Virus record (IMG/VR): IMGVR_UViG_3300028393_000019
Coordinates: 201,681-265,680 of that record
DNA length: 64,000 nt
Reading direction: 5' to 3' (one strand)
The notes beneath the pieces were generated by a model. It did not search any database. It saw nothing but the letters and a program-made list of their open reading frames with translations, and was not told the DNA's origin. The position numbers and the translations under genes are program-made. This document shows, piece after piece, positions 27,911 to 38,332 of the stretch; position 1 is the first letter of the stretch; the number at the start of each line of letters is the position of its first letter.

Positions 27911-28636
27911 ATGGCCCAACTACCATTCGATTGGTCGGAATTAACCCGCAGTAATCTGTACTCTATGTTCTATTCGCTCAACAGCGAAATAGTGGGCAAA
28001 GAGCTATCTCCCAGTCAAATCCAAAAACGCATTATTCGCCACATTAAGGCGCACCTGCCTGTTAAACTCAAAAAGTGTTTGTATGCTCCTACTACACCTG
28101 GATTTGTATTCATGGGCGGAGTTTACTACAGCGATTTGGATCACAAAGGCAAGCCTGCGATTGAAGTCAATTTCAACTACAATCCAAACGATCGAAAGTT
28201 ACGATTAACCAATCATCGTTTTAAACGTATGGCTATCCGATTTGCTGATGTAGTACTGCATGAAATTGTACATCAGCGCCAATTCCGTGCCCGTAACTTT
28301 AAAAACATTCCCGGATACGAAAGCACTGCCTATTATGCTACTGATCGTAAAAAGCAAGAGTACTATGGTGACAGAGACGAAATGGGCGCACATGCGTTCA
28401 ATTGTGCCTGTGAATTGATTGATCGATTTGGATACGATCCTACAACAATTGGACGATACCTAGATTCAAATCAATGCCGTAGACATAAAAATTCAACTTG
28501 GAATGATTATTTGAAGTCATTTGATTGGAATCACAATCATCCAATTATACGCAGAATGCGTAATTTGATCTTGCGCCAATTGGAAAATGCCTATTACGGC
28601 AAGCCATTTAAGACCACAAACCACTTGACATACTAG
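27911..28636 (+). CDS. HExxH-containing protein (paralog of 18733-19395)
   Basis: LHEIVHQRQ...DRDEMGAHAFNCA.EL. Confidence 0.6.
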   Translation: MAQLPFDWSELTRSNLYSMFYSLNSEIVGKELSPSQIQKRIIRHIKAHLPVKLKKCLYAPTTPGFVFMGGVYYSDLDHKGKPAIEVNFNYNPNDRKLRLTNHRFKRMAIRFADVVLHEIVHQRQFRARNFKNIPGYESTAYYATDRKKQEYYGDRDEMGAHAFNCACELIDRFGYDPTTIGRYLDSNQCRRHKNSTWNDYLKSFDWNHNHPIIRRMRNLILRQLENAYYGKPFKTTNHLTY

Positions 28637-28653
28637 CAGTTAGGCTGTATAAT
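28625..28653 (+). promoter_or_regulatory. Consensus sigma70 promoter for the ligase
   Basis: TTGACA-N17-TATAAT; GGAG RBS downstream. Confidence 0.85.
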
Positions 28654-28686
28654 ATAAACTTATACAGCAACTTATAGGAGTCAAAC

Positions 28687-30012
28687 ATGAGCGTTTGTGC
28701 CAGTCACATTTGGGCCCTAGAAACCCATCCAAGCCGTTTAAACAAAGAAGCCATAATCCTAGCCATAGCTGAAGAAGGCAATAAAGAATTCTTTGAAGGT
28801 TGTCGTCTTGCGCTAGATCCAATGATCACTTTTGGACTCAAACAGATACCTGAGAAAACAGATGCGGATGGTGCTGGCTTACCTTGGGACAGTTTTACTC
28901 TCGCTCTTACTGGTTTTGTTACACGTCAAGTTACTGGTAATACAGCACGTGATATGATTGCCGCCATGATGAAGTCAGCAACCAAAGCAGAATGGAATGG
29001 TTGGTATCGTAGGATTTTAATCAAAGACTTGCGCTGTGGTGTAAGCGAAAAAACAATTAACAAAGTAGTGGAGAAGAAGTATGCTGACTATGCTATTCCT
29101 GTATTCGGTTGTCAGCTTGCTCATGATAGTGCTAATCATGAGTCGAAGGTATCGGGCAAAAAACTTATTGAAGTTAAACTCGACGGAGTTAGAGTTATTA
29201 CTATTGTACGTAGTGACGGTCGGGTGGATATGTTCAGTCGCAATGGTAAAGAACTTGCTAACTTTCCTCACATAGCACAACAGATTTCAAACGTGATTCA
29301 ACTCAAAGGCGCCAGCAAGAGTATGGACATTGTACTGGATGGAGAAATTATGTCCAGCAGTTTCCAAGACTTGATGAAGCAAGTACATCGCAAGGACAAT
29401 GTAGAAGCGGGTGATGCTGTGCTTAACCTGTTTGATGTGGTGCCATTGGAAGATTTTGAAAAAGGCATTTACAACAAGGATCAAACTACTCGAAGTAGCA
29501 TGGTCAAATTTTGGGTTGAACAAAATCAAGACATGATGCCCAATGTGACTTATGTGGCCAATGAGCTTGTTGATTTGGACACTGAAGCAGGACAAGTTCG
29601 CTACAAAGAGATCAATGCAAAAGCGATTGCAGGCGGATACGAAGGCATCATGCTTAAGGATCCTGCCGCTGGATATGAGTGTAAACGCAGTGTTGCATGG
29701 TTGAAGCTCAAGCCATTCATTGAAGTTAGTCTTACTGTGGTTGCCACAGAAGAAGGTACAGGTCGTAACGTAGGTAAATTAGGTGCATTAGTTTGCGAAG
29801 GAGAAGATGATGGAAAAAGTATTAAAGTTAACGTGGGCAGTGGTTTCAGCGACAGCGACCGCGATAGTTATTGGAGTGGCCGCGATCATGTTGTCGGAAC
29901 TGTTGTTGAAGTAAGGGCAGACGCTGTAACGCAAAATCAAGACGGTACTTATTCGTTGAGATTTCCTAGATTCTTAAAATTTAGAGGATTCGAAGCGGGT
30001 GAAAAGATTTAA
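28687..30012 (+). CDS. lig: ATP-dependent DNA ligase
   Basis: EVKLDGVR (KxDG), LDGEI, YEGIMLK, KRS..WLKLKP, SLRFPRF. Confidence 0.92.
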   Translation: MSVCASHIWALETHPSRLNKEAIILAIAEEGNKEFFEGCRLALDPMITFGLKQIPEKTDADGAGLPWDSFTLALTGFVTRQVTGNTARDMIAAMMKSATKAEWNGWYRRILIKDLRCGVSEKTINKVVEKKYADYAIPVFGCQLAHDSANHESKVSGKKLIEVKLDGVRVITIVRSDGRVDMFSRNGKELANFPHIAQQISNVIQLKGASKSMDIVLDGEIMSSSFQDLMKQVHRKDNVEAGDAVLNLFDVVPLEDFEKGIYNKDQTTRSSMVKFWVEQNQDMMPNVTYVANELVDLDTEAGQVRYKEINAKAIAGGYEGIMLKDPAAGYECKRSVAWLKLKPFIEVSLTVVATEEGTGRNVGKLGALVCEGEDDGKSIKVNVGSGFSDSDRDSYWSGRDHVVGTVVEVRADAVTQNQDGTYSLRFPRFLKFRGFEAGEKI

Positions 30013-30256
30013 GAACACTGTACTGTTTGTTATATTAACGATACTCATTATGGCCTTGTGGCCATTCCGCAACCTGCTAAGTATTGAGGAAGATGTTCAT
30101 ACACGCAGATTCTGTGCTTATGGACAGGTGTATGTAGAGTTTGAACATGCAGGTAAGACCTGGGGTACTACTTTTTTAGGTGTAAGTGGTAAACCTGTAG
30201 CATGTAATGAAAATGACACACTATCAACACCAGCATTACACAAGGAAATTATATGA
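29999..30256 (+). CDS. Membrane-anchored hypothetical protein
   Basis: 85 aa, N-terminal TM segment, GTG start. Confidence 0.5.
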   Translation: MKRFKNTVLFVILTILIMALWPFRNLLSIEEDVHTRRFCAYGQVYVEFEHAGKTWGTTFLGVSGKPVACNENDTLSTPALHKEII

Positions 30257-31089
30257 GATCACACTATTGGACATGTTCGAAATTTGCAGACTGGTTACGT
30301 GGCACACCAAAACCAGGAGCCCAAACCAGTGAAGGCTGGGATGAGTGGACTGAAAAAGCCAAGTCAGCACATCCTGTTCGTTGGTGGATTGCCGAAGAAG
30401 GATTAGATCACCTTCAAAAATTTGTTTATTATATTCCGGATCGACTAAATGACATACGCTATTATATTAACAATCGCTGGGTTAGTTACAGCCATGCTCT
30501 TACCGCACATCCTCGAGACATACAACCGGGTAACTGGAGTGATGTTGGCAATCGCTTTCTTCCTTGTATGTTCAATGAGCTTGTGGACTTTGTTGAAATA
30601 GAACAAGCATGGCATCACTGCATGTGGAGTGATGAAGCCAAAACCAAATTTGATGTGCCTTGGTGGCGCAGTGGCTGGCTACGTTTGCGTACATGGCGCA
30701 ATGCCGAAGCAGGTATGGAATATCTCAAATGGGCTAGCGAGCTTGTCGTTGGTGAAGACATGGGTGCTACTCCTGGGGACAAAGGATTCGGCGAGCCCAC
30801 CTATCAAGCCAAATCCGCTAAAGAAATCATCGAGCTTTACACTTGGTGGACTGTTACATATCGCAATCGTCCTGACCCATACGAAGCAAGTGGCTGGACT
30901 GCGGCATGCGAAGCCAGTCGTTTGGCCAACGGTGGCCGACTGAGTTTCAGCGGTGAGAAAGATCCTACACTTAAAAAAGCCAGCGACAAGGCTCACAAGC
31001 TACTTCAAAAGATTGAAAAGGCTTATGAAGCAGAAGACGAAGCTATGATGATTCGCCTTATCAAAATCCGTCAGAGTCTATGGACATAA
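30253..31089 (+). CDS. Conserved phage hypothetical protein (Trp-rich)
   Basis: 278-aa ORF, operon-coupled. Confidence 0.65.
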   Translation: MRSHYWTCSKFADWLRGTPKPGAQTSEGWDEWTEKAKSAHPVRWWIAEEGLDHLQKFVYYIPDRLNDIRYYINNRWVSYSHALTAHPRDIQPGNWSDVGNRFLPCMFNELVDFVEIEQAWHHCMWSDEAKTKFDVPWWRSGWLRLRTWRNAEAGMEYLKWASELVVGEDMGATPGDKGFGEPTYQAKSAKEIIELYTWWTVTYRNRPDPYEASGWTAACEASRLANGGRLSFSGEKDPTLKKASDKAHKLLQKIEKAYEAEDEAMMIRLIKIRQSLWT

Positions 31090-32441
31090 ACAAGTTTAGA
31101 GATGAACTTAATAGTGTCAGTCCATCATTTTGTGCCGCTAAGTGGAAGCAGGTAACGCTTCATCTCCAAACTGGGCATAACCATAGTTGCCATCATCCGG
31201 CACCTCACAAGATACCGTTAGAAGAACTGTCAGCCAATCCATCAGCGTTACACAATACCAAGTTTAAAAAACTACAACGTAAGATGATGCTGAGTGGCGA
31301 ACGTCCGGCAGAGTGTGACTACTGCTGGCGTGTTGAAGACAACAGTAACTCACTAAGTGATAGAATTTTTAAAAGTGCCGACAAGTGGGCGGCACCTCAT
31401 ATTCAAGACATAGCCAGTAAACCCTGGGACCATGATGTTGTACCCAGCTACGTAGAAGTTAGCTTTGGTAATGTGTGTAATTTTAAATGCAGTTATTGTG
31501 CGCCCAATGTCAGCTCACGTTGGATGGAAGAAATTGAAAAGTTTGGACCATATCCCACATCGGGCAAGTTCAACAACCTGGAGTGGCTGAAACAAACAGA
31601 TCAGATGCCCATACCACACAAGGACGACAATCCCTATGTTGATGCATTTTGGGAATGGTGGCCTACTGCTTATCGTGAGCTAGAGCATTTTCGTATCACT
31701 GGCGGTGAACCTTTACTGAACAAAAATACATTTAAGATTCTAGATTACATAATTGCTAATCCCAATCCAAACTTGGACTTTAGTATTAATGCCAACATGT
31801 GTCCACCGAGTGACATACTAGATAAGTTTATTGAAAAGATTAAACTGTTGGAAGGCAAAGTAAAAAGATTCAAAATCTTTACTAGTGCAGAGGCATATGG
31901 CGCTCAGGCAGAGTATATACGCAATGGTATGGACTATGCTCAATGGATCGATAATATTGAACGTGTGCTAAAAGAAGTACCAAGTGTAGGGTTTACAATC
32001 ATGAGCACCTACAATGCCCTAAGCGTTCCCAGCTATACCAAATTCTTGCAAGATGTATTGAGACTCAAAACACAATATTACAAACCAGAATATAAGCAAA
32101 CTGCTGTACTATTAGACATACCGTATCTGCGGTGGCCTCCACATCAGTCAATCTTTATTCTAACAAAGGACTTTGCCACAACAATCAAAGAGCATGTGGA
32201 CTTTGTGCAGTCTTATGCAGAAGGCACTGCAACAGAAACATACCAAGGATTTGATCGTCTTGAAGTCGAACGTATGAAACGAATATACGAAATATTTCAA
32301 TCACACGATGAACCAGATACTGTAAAGAATCAAAAAGACTTTGTAGCGTTTGTTGACGAGCATGATCGCAGACGTGGCACAAACTTCTCGGCTACATTTC
32401 CCGAGATGGTAAAATTTTACAATTACTGTCAACAGCTATGA
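31080..32441 (+). CDS. Radical SAM protein with N-terminal Twitch/SPASM-like Cys cluster
   Basis: FCAAKW...SCHH...ECDYCWRVE; GNVCNFKCSYC; ITGGEPLL. Confidence 0.85.
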   Translation: MDINKFRDELNSVSPSFCAAKWKQVTLHLQTGHNHSCHHPAPHKIPLEELSANPSALHNTKFKKLQRKMMLSGERPAECDYCWRVEDNSNSLSDRIFKSADKWAAPHIQDIASKPWDHDVVPSYVEVSFGNVCNFKCSYCAPNVSSRWMEEIEKFGPYPTSGKFNNLEWLKQTDQMPIPHKDDNPYVDAFWEWWPTAYRELEHFRITGGEPLLNKNTFKILDYIIANPNPNLDFSINANMCPPSDILDKFIEKIKLLEGKVKRFKIFTSAEAYGAQAEYIRNGMDYAQWIDNIERVLKEVPSVGFTIMSTYNALSVPSYTKFLQDVLRLKTQYYKPEYKQTAVLLDIPYLRWPPHQSIFILTKDFATTIKEHVDFVQSYAEGTATETYQGFDRLEVERMKRIYEIFQSHDEPDTVKNQKDFVAFVDEHDRRRGTNFSATFPEMVKFYNYCQQL

Positions 32442-33847
32442 AATATCAATTGCATTTTTTCTACGACTACGTATTTCCTAACTACATCTTGCCAAATGCA
32501 TTGATGCCAGAATACGCTATCTTAAATTACTTTAACAGTCAATATTCAAACAAAGACAGAGAAAATTGTTTTACAGATCCAGGTGCCAGTGATGTAACAC
32601 GATCTGTCTTTAATAAAAAATTCGGTGATTGGCCAAACAGTATTAGACACAACGGCTCGCATCTTGATAGGGGAGTATACTCTAATAAGGTACAAATAAT
32701 TGAAAACTCTTTGTACCTTGGCAAGCATCAGGTCAATCGATATATCTACCCTATAAAACTAGGGCCGCATCTGCATGAATTTGTAGGAGTTAATTTAAGG
32801 CCAGGCAACAAACTAAATGGCGAATACTTTTGGAAACACATGAGTGAAGAAGCCTTACAAGATGCACAATCAAGAAGAGCTATCATATTCATAGATTATG
32901 GACAAGAGAACTTTATAGAAAAAGAAACTTATATAAATTTACATGAAGTTCTTAGATACAGCGGAATACCTAAGGAACAAGTTATCCTAGCGTTTAACAC
33001 GTTCAATGGTCGAGAAGTATACGAATCATGGTTTAGACCCGACGAACGTAGACTAGAAGTACACAACTGGTGCTATGTAATGAGCGAAGCATCTATGTTT
33101 TACTTTGAGAACCCTAGCTTCCGTCTGAGCGTTGAGCAATTTAGAAACAGCAGATATTTTAAAAGACCAAATCATTTCTTATTTAAAATTAGAAACTCTC
33201 GAAATCATAGACTGGCTCTGCTGTATAAGATGGCCACAGATGGATTATTAAGTCAGGGAGATTGGTCTTGCTTGACTAAACTACAAGTTAATGATCGTAT
33301 GCTAGATTATTATAGGAATCTTTATCAGTTTGACATAAACACTGACACAGTAAAAGAGCTATGCAATTCAACGCCGCATGTCCTACAAAGTGAAAGAGAC
33401 AATCGTCATGAGCTAGTAAGCGCATGGACTGACAAAGATGCCAAGCCACATGCTGACAGTTATTTCTATATCTGCACAGAAACTTTTGTACACGGAGAGC
33501 ACAAGTCACTTACTGAAAAAGTGTTTAAGCCAATTGCAAATTTCCAACCGTTTTTATTTGTAGCATATCCAGGCGCATTAGCTTTGTTAAGAAGTTTGGG
33601 ATTCAAAACCTTTAGTCCGTTTATAGACGAAAGCTACGATATTGAATCTGACGAAGGTCGTCGTGTACATATGATCTATAAAGAAATTGCCAGACTATGT
33701 GCTATGACTCAAGACCAACTGCATGATTGGTATTGGCAGATGGAGTCTATATTAGAACACAATCATAATCTGTTGTTGACACTACACAAGAACGATCCTA
33801 GCAGTATTGAATTAATAAAATATCTGCACCAACGAACCAACGAATAA
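32438..33847 (+). CDS. Putative glycosyltransferase-like protein (paralog of 35012-36370)
   Basis: C-terminal ICTET...LTEKVFKP...QPFL...LRSLGFKTF...DESYD block. Confidence 0.5.
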   Translation: MKYQLHFFYDYVFPNYILPNALMPEYAILNYFNSQYSNKDRENCFTDPGASDVTRSVFNKKFGDWPNSIRHNGSHLDRGVYSNKVQIIENSLYLGKHQVNRYIYPIKLGPHLHEFVGVNLRPGNKLNGEYFWKHMSEEALQDAQSRRAIIFIDYGQENFIEKETYINLHEVLRYSGIPKEQVILAFNTFNGREVYESWFRPDERRLEVHNWCYVMSEASMFYFENPSFRLSVEQFRNSRYFKRPNHFLFKIRNSRNHRLALLYKMATDGLLSQGDWSCLTKLQVNDRMLDYYRNLYQFDINTDTVKELCNSTPHVLQSERDNRHELVSAWTDKDAKPHADSYFYICTETFVHGEHKSLTEKVFKPIANFQPFLFVAYPGALALLRSLGFKTFSPFIDESYDIESDEGRRVHMIYKEIARLCAMTQDQLHDWYWQMESILEHNHNLLLTLHKNDPSSIELIKYLHQRTNE

Positions 33848-33850
33848 ATA
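33845..33850 (+). promoter_or_regulatory. Late promoter core TAAATA
   Basis: 5 nt upstream of ATG 33856. Confidence 0.5.
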
Positions 33851-33855
33851 TTTCC

Positions 33856-34401
33856 ATGAATTACAAAGACAGTAACTGGCAAACAGTAGACACAGCATAT
33901 CTAAATACCTTTGGTAAAGAAGTCCCTGTGTACTCGCCTGCTGTTTATAGAGAGTACAGGGGAGAGATATTTACTACCTATCATTCTACTGCGCACCCTG
34001 TTAACCAAATATTACCAAACGATGTGCAAGTTCATACTAGATTTTCAAAATCATATCAAGGTGTACTGCGTGGACTACACTATGATGACAAAACTTGGAA
34101 GCTGGTTCAAGCTCTAGTCGGCGATATCTATCTAGTAGTGCTTGATGTAAGACAAGACAGCGATACATTTGGCAAATGGGAATCTTACATCATAAGTGAA
34201 AAGACCAGAGACCAAGTACTGGTACCCCCGGGATTTGCTAACGGGCACTATGCACTGACAGATTGCATTTTTCACTACAGCCTATTTTATCAAGGCGACT
34301 ATGTTAATGAAAATAATCAGGGTGTAATAAAATGGAATGACCCGGCTTACAATATAGAATGGCCTACTAAAGATCCTATAATACAAGGGCGTGACAAATG
34401 A
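33856..34401 (+). CDS. rmlC: dTDP-4-dehydrorhamnose 3,5-epimerase family
   Basis: RGEIF, GVLRGLHY, KLVQ, VLDVR, VPPGFANGH, IKWNDP. Confidence 0.85.
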   Translation: MNYKDSNWQTVDTAYLNTFGKEVPVYSPAVYREYRGEIFTTYHSTAHPVNQILPNDVQVHTRFSKSYQGVLRGLHYDDKTWKLVQALVGDIYLVVLDVRQDSDTFGKWESYIISEKTRDQVLVPPGFANGHYALTDCIFHYSLFYQGDYVNENNQGVIKWNDPAYNIEWPTKDPIIQGRDK

Positions 34402-35027
34402 TAACTAATTTAGACCAGTATCCCGTCGTGCGAGATATCGATCATACACCAGATAGTTTGATCAAGTTTGAAGATTCGATCATAGCTCTATGGGAAGGTG
34501 CTCGAGTTCGAGGACCTATACACTTGTCAAACGGCAATGAACACAGTTTGATCGAAATATTTAAACGTGTTAATACAACTGATTGGGTGTTCAGTACCTG
34601 GCGCAGTCATTATCATGCACTGCTTAAAGGCCTAGATCCTCAATGGATAACTGCAGAAATTCTCAAAGGAAAGTCAATTAGTATTTGCAATGTTGATGAA
34701 AAATTTTACAGCAGTGCCATAGTTGGCGGAACACTGCCCGTTGCACTGGGTGTTGCTCAGCAAATCAAACGTGCAGGTTCTACAGATAAAGTATGGTGCT
34801 TTATTGGTGACATGAGTTTTGAAAGCGGTATATTCTACGAGATACACAAGTATGCTAGAAACTTTGATTTACCATTATACTTTGTAGTGGAAGACAATGC
34901 AGTATCAACATATACTCCAACAGATACCACATGGAATGGTAAACGTAGCGTACCCCATGATGTAGTACACTACCATTACAAATCTAAGTATCCGCATTAC
35001 GGCACAGGCAAATGGATAGTATTCTAA
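34398..35027 (+). CDS. TPP-dependent dehydrogenase E1 alpha-like subunit (short)
   Basis: HLSNGNE, STWRSHYHAL, SAIVGGTLPVALGVA, GDMS...VEDN TPP motif variant. Confidence 0.8.
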   Translation: MITNLDQYPVVRDIDHTPDSLIKFEDSIIALWEGARVRGPIHLSNGNEHSLIEIFKRVNTTDWVFSTWRSHYHALLKGLDPQWITAEILKGKSISICNVDEKFYSSAIVGGTLPVALGVAQQIKRAGSTDKVWCFIGDMSFESGIFYEIHKYARNFDLPLYFVVEDNAVSTYTPTDTTWNGKRSVPHDVVHYHYKSKYPHYGTGKWIVF

Positions 35028-36370
35028 AAATAGTTTATGACAATTGGTATCAATCTGTACCGCTGTCCAACGGACTTCATCCCATACTGGCCAATCATAT
35101 CAAAAGTTCTATACCAAGTATCGATTCTGTAGAAAGTACAGCTACTAGTCTAATGAATAGTGACATGTTCCCATTCAGGTGGCATAACAACTTTTTTAAA
35201 TATTTTAAAAATCATGCTATGGTTGATCCGGATCAAATTGTGGACGATGCTGATATCTACATCTACCCGATTGAAATACGCACTTCACTAAATTCACTAT
35301 TTCAAGATCACTCATTTAACATAGGAGGAAATAGTTGTACTTACAATATCAGCGATACCATCTCCCCCAAAGTGTTAAACCATCTGCGATCTGGCAAAGT
35401 AAAACTGGTTATAAATTACATTCATGATCCTGTCTCCAACGAAGAAGACCTACTGAAGTTTGATTCATTATTGCAATCAATAGGTATTAACGGCAAGAAT
35501 GTAATAGTAGTTGCGGGAAACGAATTCGCTGTGTCTGGTTGTAGTATAAGAGTAGTTGGTGGACCTTTGTTATTTCCTAGAGAAGATGCTGAAAGAATAA
35601 CATCAAGGCCTCGACCAGGTCGACTTGGCTACATGAACGATTTTGTCAAACAGCATGAGTTGAATCCTGATAAAATACGCCCTCACAAATTCATGTGCTT
35701 CAATAGACAATTAAGTAATCGCGCACACAGAATATCACTGGCATACCTAGCATTGAAATACAATCTGCTAGATCATAATGTGTTCAGTTTCCTTGAACAG
35801 ATAACTGAGCGACAGGTGCTGGACAGTTCCAGGGCGTGGAGTACCTATTACAAAGATGTAGACCTGTCAGAAATGGCTAGACAAATTGTAAAGATACTGC
35901 CTTGGGAAGTTGACACGCATCTTTTGAGTCAGTCTGAAAAAACTAACTTTTCAACACACAACAACAAAAAAGAACTTTATCTCAACACTTATATTCATAT
36001 TGTATCTGAAACAAGATTTCACGATGGTGATAGTCCCTTTATGTCGGAAAAGACATATAGGCCTATAGCAAACTTTCAACCGTTTTTATATGTAGGTAAT
36101 TATAATTCTTTGAAAGACCTGCATGAATTAGGGTTTAGAACATTTCATCCTTATATTAACGAGGAATACGATCTTGAACAAGATCCCGAATTGCGCATGG
36201 CGCTGATAGAACACGAATTAAAAAAATTAAATGATTTAACACTTGAACAAATTCACGAATTGTATTTTAGTGTAAAAGATATATTGATCCATAATCGAAA
36301 CCATCTGACTACATTTATCAATGCACAACCTTACCAAAATTTAATAAGAGACCTTCAACATGGAATTTAA
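35012..36370 (+). CDS. Putative glycosyltransferase-like protein (paralog of 32438-33847)
   Basis: IVSET...MSEKTYRP...QPFL...LHELGFRTF...NEEYD block. Confidence 0.5.
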   Translation: MDSILKIVYDNWYQSVPLSNGLHPILANHIKSSIPSIDSVESTATSLMNSDMFPFRWHNNFFKYFKNHAMVDPDQIVDDADIYIYPIEIRTSLNSLFQDHSFNIGGNSCTYNISDTISPKVLNHLRSGKVKLVINYIHDPVSNEEDLLKFDSLLQSIGINGKNVIVVAGNEFAVSGCSIRVVGGPLLFPREDAERITSRPRPGRLGYMNDFVKQHELNPDKIRPHKFMCFNRQLSNRAHRISLAYLALKYNLLDHNVFSFLEQITERQVLDSSRAWSTYYKDVDLSEMARQIVKILPWEVDTHLLSQSEKTNFSTHNNKKELYLNTYIHIVSETRFHDGDSPFMSEKTYRPIANFQPFLYVGNYNSLKDLHELGFRTFHPYINEEYDLEQDPELRMALIEHELKKLNDLTLEQIHELYFSVKDILIHNRNHLTTFINAQPYQNLIRDLQHGI

Positions 36371-37343
36371 AAATAAAAATATAGTCGTTACAGGTGCCAA
36401 CGGACTAGTGGGATTACCTGCGGTTCGCAAGTGCTTAGAAGAAGGTGCTCATGCAGTTTATGCAGTGGACATTAATATAGGAGAAGGATTGATTTCCTTA
36501 AGAGAACAATACTCTAATCTAATACTGGTAATGAAAGACCTAACATATTTGGACAACTGCGAGTCACTGTTTGAAGAACAACCGATTGATATTGTACTGC
36601 ATATTGCAGGAATAAAAGGATCGCCAGCACGTAGTAGCAAACAACCTGCAGACTACTTGTTTCCTATGTTGATGTTCAATACCAACATGATCAAGGCCGC
36701 ATTTGATGCCAAGGTCGGTTGGTTTGTTTATCTTTCAAGTGTAGGTGTTTACCAACCTACAGAGATCATGCGTGAAGAAGATGTATGGGTCACTGTGCCC
36801 AGTAAGAATGATTGGTATCCGGGGTGGACCAAACGTATGGGTGAAGCTACATTAGAAAGCCTACAAGTACAGTATGGATGGGACAACTGGACTGTGATAC
36901 GTCCCAGCAACATCTACGGACTCAATGACAACTTTGCACAAGACGCTACTGTGATCAGTAGCAACGTCTGGAAGTTGTACAACGTTGAGGGCAAAGATAT
37001 AGTGTGTTGGGGTAACGGCAGTGCAAGGCGTGACTTTGTGTTCGGCGATGATGTTGCACAGGCTAGTGTTGATGTGGTCAAGAAAGAAGTAAAAGATATT
37101 ATCAACTTTGGTTGTGCAGAAGCCATCACTATCAAAGAAACCATTGAGACTATAGTTGACTGCTATAAAGAAATATCAGGTGAAACTAAGAACATTGTCT
37201 GGGACGAAACAAAAATGAATGGAGATCCTGTTCGTTGTCTAAGTCCAGATCGTCAAAAGAAATACGGTATACTTCCGCAAACAACCTTGCGTGATGGTAT
37301 CAAGCAGACCATCCTAGCATACAAACAAAGGTTAGGCCAATGA
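36360..37343 (+). CDS. NDP-sugar epimerase/reductase (GDP-fucose synthase-like extended SDR)
   Basis: VTGANGLVG, LSSVGVY, PGWTK, RPSNIYG, WGNGSARRDF. Confidence 0.8.
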   Translation: MEFKNKNIVVTGANGLVGLPAVRKCLEEGAHAVYAVDINIGEGLISLREQYSNLILVMKDLTYLDNCESLFEEQPIDIVLHIAGIKGSPARSSKQPADYLFPMLMFNTNMIKAAFDAKVGWFVYLSSVGVYQPTEIMREEDVWVTVPSKNDWYPGWTKRMGEATLESLQVQYGWDNWTVIRPSNIYGLNDNFAQDATVISSNVWKLYNVEGKDIVCWGNGSARRDFVFGDDVAQASVDVVKKEVKDIINFGCAEAITIKETIETIVDCYKEISGETKNIVWDETKMNGDPVRCLSPDRQKKYGILPQTTLRDGIKQTILAYKQRLGQ

Positions 37344-38332
37344 AAACTACAGATAAGATTTTGGTAACAGGGGCAAGCGGATTCATTGGCTCCAATGTGC
37401 TTCGAGTGCTGTATCAACAAGGGTTCACTAATCTACGTGCTAGCACACTACAGAGAGGCTTACGGAATGACTTTAACGGATCGGAAACTATCGAACTAGT
37501 TAAGGGTGATCTGCGTGATGCAGACTTTGCTAAATTTGTGTCGCAAGACATTGATGTGGTAATACACTGCGCGGCTAACACTAGTAATGCACTGGATACT
37601 AAGTTCAATCCGTTATTACATGTTACTCCCAATGTTGAGATGAATAACAACATAATGGAACAAAGCTGGAAGAACAAGGTGCGTAAATTTATCTTTATCA
37701 GCACAGCAAACGTCAATGGCGACCTTGGTTCAGTGTATGCTGTAGAAGACGCCAACTTTATGAACTTGCCGCTAGTACCTGTGTACAAAGCAGTGGGTGC
37801 TATGAAACGCTTTGGCGAGATGATGTGCGACTTCTTTAGTAATCAAATACATGATCCAATGCAGTGCGTCATTATTCGTCCAAGCAACGCATTTGGGCCC
37901 AATGACAAGTATGACTTTGAGAAATGCCATGTTACACCTGCAAACATTCGCAAAGTGGCGGACAGGCTGAATCCAATTCCTGTTTGGGGTGATGGTACAG
38001 AAATACGTGATGTGCTACACGCAGACGACATGGCCGGAGGCATTGTGTATGTTGCAGAGCATGTGGACACCTATGATATCTACAATGTGTGCTACGGTCA
38101 AGGCTACAGCGTTAACCAATTACTTGAGTGGATGAAAGAAGCCGACGGCAATACTAACCCAATTGAGTACGTTAACAATCGAGCACCTATGATTCCAGTT
38201 CGTCTAGTATCTAGTGAAAAGATTAATGCGCTAGGCTGGAAACCAAAGCGTGAGATTAAACAAGCACTAAAGGATACTATCGAATGGTATCGTGCGCACA
38301 AAGAACAATTTGATCCAAATAGCAAGCCATGA
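37340..38332 (+). CDS. NDP-sugar epimerase/reductase (GDP-fucose synthase-like)
   Basis: VTGASGFIG, RPSNAFGPND, HVTPA.IRK, WGDGTEIRD. Confidence 0.8.
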   Translation: MKTTDKILVTGASGFIGSNVLRVLYQQGFTNLRASTLQRGLRNDFNGSETIELVKGDLRDADFAKFVSQDIDVVIHCAANTSNALDTKFNPLLHVTPNVEMNNNIMEQSWKNKVRKFIFISTANVNGDLGSVYAVEDANFMNLPLVPVYKAVGAMKRFGEMMCDFFSNQIHDPMQCVIIRPSNAFGPNDKYDFEKCHVTPANIRKVADRLNPIPVWGDGTEIRDVLHADDMAGGIVYVAEHVDTYDIYNVCYGQGYSVNQLLEWMKEADGNTNPIEYVNNRAPMIPVRLVSSEKINALGWKPKREIKQALKDTIEWYRAHKEQFDPNSKP

